From Octopus sinensis (Eukaryota), in the NCBI RefSeq assembly GCF_006345805.1, contig NC_043007.1:25358001-25422000 (forward strand): DNA of 64,000 bases. Reading direction: 5' to 3'. The notes beneath the pieces were generated by a model that was given only the letters and a program-made list of their open reading frames with translations, was not told where the DNA came from and did no database searches. Position numbers and translations under genes: made by a program. How positions within the stretch are numbered: the stretch's first letter is position 1; every line of letters begins with the position of its first letter. Positions 61,583 to 64,000 of this stretch are shown here, piece after piece.

Positions 61583-61627
<45 letters not shown>

Positions 61628-61859
61628 CGAATGAGTTGGCAGAATCGTTAGCACGCCGGGCGAAATGCTTTGCAGTATTTCGTCTGCCGCTACGTTCTGA
61701 GTTCATATTCCGCCGAGGTCGACTTTGCCTTTCATCCTTTCGGGGGTCGATAAATTAAATACCAGTTACGCACTGGGGTCGATATAATCGACTTAATCCC
61801 TTTGTCTGTCCTTGTTTGTCCCTTCTGTGTTTAGCCCCTTGTGGGTAGTAAAGAAATAT
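61628..61859 (+). mobile_element. Family C SINE inserted at the head of an F+Y SINE
   Basis: atatatatatgcgggcg duplicated on both sides. Confidence 0.85.
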
Positions 61860-61872
61860 ATATATATATGCG

Positions 61873-62112
61873 GGCGCGTGGCTTTGTGGTTAGGGCATTC
61901 GGCTCACAATCTTAAGGTCGTGAGTTCAATTCCCGACGTCGCGTTGTGTTCTTGAGCAAGACATTTTATTTCCCGTTGCTTCAGTCCACTCTGCTGGCAA
62001 AAACGAGTAGTACCTGTATTTCAAAAAGGGTCAGCCTTGTCACTCTCTGTGCCACGCTGAATCTCCCTGAGAACCACGTTAAGGGTACACGTGTCTGTGG
62101 GAGTGCTCAGCT
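61873..62112 (+). mobile_element. SINE head F + tail Y (3' truncated)
   Basis: Similarity to 56523-56827. Confidence 0.8.
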
Positions 62113-62880
62113 GTTAATTTTGACTGCTATTTCTAGCAAATCGAATGTGTCTATGTAGATGCATGTAGTCATGTTCCTTGGGTTGTTTATGCGGGTATTA
62201 TAAAAGGGGGTGGATATCTTGTCTGTGTGCAGATCCTTTTTCTAGGGAGCAGCTGTGTCCTCCATATTGACACCTATCTAATATTATGCTATGTACAATT
62301 GTAATCGAACCGACGAGGTGTCTCTATGCAAACATTCAAATGCTAAAAATAGCAGCCTAATTAACTTTTATCTCAGGTGGATAATGCAGACCAAAACAAT
62401 ATTCCTGGAAAAAAATAAGGCGTGATGGTCACGGTTTGAATGTTGTTGGTTGTATGCTCGTTCCGAGATGAGATGGGGCTAAACAAATGGTATCCAAGCC
62501 AACGAGAGATCCTCCATGTGGTTGCTCAATTCGATCGCCTAGAAATAACAGCTATTAATCCTTCATTGTCACACAGTACTTTCTTTAAAAAAAAAAAAGG
62601 GGTGGGGATTCATTTAATAATACAGTAAACGCTTTTCGGGACCCACAGGGCCTGAGTAAAAAATGAAAAAAAAAAAAAAGTATAGTCATGACTGGAATTC
62701 ATTCACATGCTTACATGTGTGTGTGTGTGTGTGTGATTATCTAAGATTTCTTGCCAATAGAGAAAGTGTCGGTTTCTAACCTAGATCCAAGGCTCCTTCA
62801 TTGGAATTTCAACATCTACAACAGGGTGTATGTATGTATGTATGTATGTATATATATATGTATGTATGTATGTATGTATA

Positions 62881-63288
62881 CTTTTTTACTCTTTTACTTG
62901 TTTCAGTCATTTGACTGCGGCCATGCTGGAGCATCGCCTTTTAGTCGAGCAAATCGACCCCGGGACTTATTCTTTGTAAGCCCAGTACTTATTCTATCGG
63001 TTTCTCTTTTGCCGAACCGCTAAGTGACGGGGACGTAAACACACCAGCATCAGTTGTAAAGCAATGCTAGGGGGACAAACACAGACACACACACACACAC
63101 ACACTTACATATATATACATATATACGACAGGCTTCTTTCAGTTTCCGTCTACCAAATCCACTCACAAGGCATTGGTCGGCCCGGGGCTATAGCAGAAGA
63201 CACTTGCCCAAGATGCCACGCAGTGGGACTGAACCCGGAACCATGTGGTTGGTTAGCAAGCTACTTACCACACAGCCACTCCTGCGCC
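62881..63288 (-). mobile_element. Family A SINE
   Basis: Near-consensus copy. Confidence 0.9.
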
Positions 63289-63714
63289 TATGTATGTATA
63301 ATAATAATAATAATAATGATGATGATGATGATTTCAAATTTCGCCATATGGACAACAATTTTAGGGCAGGGGATGAGTTGATTACATCGACCCCCTCCCC
63401 CGTGTTTAACTGATACTTAGTTTATCGACCCCCGAAAGGATGAAAGGCAAAGTCGATCACGGCTATGTATGTATGTGTCTGTGCGTGTGTGTGTGTGTTT
63501 CGGTGTGTTCATAGAAGCAATGCTTGTCCCATCCATTGCTGGTTCCGTTTCCTATCGATTTTATTTATTACTTATTTATTGCTGCAAAACTATGTTGTTG
63601 TCGTGTCTTGCTAATTTTTCTTTCTTTTCTATTCGACCAGCTAGAAAGAAGCTGGTCGAGATGTGGTTGAATTTTGGGTTCTAATAATCATCAACTTCGA
63701 AGCAATTAGGCGAC

Positions 63715-63980
63715 TCTTCTTCTTCTTCTTCTTCGCCTTCTTCTATCTCGCCTTTTTTCTTCTCTTCTTCTTCTTTCTTCTTCGTCTTCTTCTTCTTCTA
63801 TTCTTCTTCTTCTTCTTCTTCTTCTTCTTCTTCTCTTCTTCTTCGCCTTCTTCTTCGCCTTCTTCTTCTTTTTCTTCTTCTTTTTCTTCTTCTTCTTATT
63901 ATTATTTTCCTCCTCCTTCTTCTTCTTCTTCTTCTTTATCTTCCTCTTTATCTTCTTCTTCATCATCATCATCATCAAAG
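63715..63980. repeat. (TCT)n/(CAT)n microsatellite
   Basis: Seen directly. Confidence 0.95.
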
Positions 63981-64000
63981 GTCTTGGTTGTCTGACTTGA

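Overview
AT-rich, gene-poor eukaryotic DNA made almost entirely of transposable elements and microsatellites. The SINE/LINE families match ones I recall from Octopus (coleoid cephalopod), but this is unverified. No intact host gene, rRNA, true tRNA or CRISPR array is supportable, and most ORF-track entries are translated microsatellites. SINEs: about 50 tRNA-headed copies in several families (CORE-like family A; Nin/Deu-domain family C; modular B/F-head by X/Y-tail SINEs), plus an (AAC)n-tailed repeat, family E. LINEs: fragments of RTE, CR1/L2-like, L1/Tx1-like and R4/Dong-like clades; two RT ORFs are still open (20042-21106 +, 36589-37602 -). DNA elements: four non-autonomous Helitrons and several MITEs (hAT, piggyBac-like, pogo-like, mariner, and one with 93-bp TIRs and a perfect 8-bp TSD). 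The best host-gene signal is a CCAAT/TATA/Inr core promoter at ~34.3 kb followed by an ATG exon and a GTGAGT donor. Most notable: two SINE-derived tandem arrays, 2x2 SINE module shuffling, a PHD-type finger inside an RTE reverse transcriptase, a VNTR in that LINE's 3' UTR, a locally templated inverted insertion, and several hairpins. Coordinates were read by eye and may be off by a few bp; family names come from motif recognition, not database searches.
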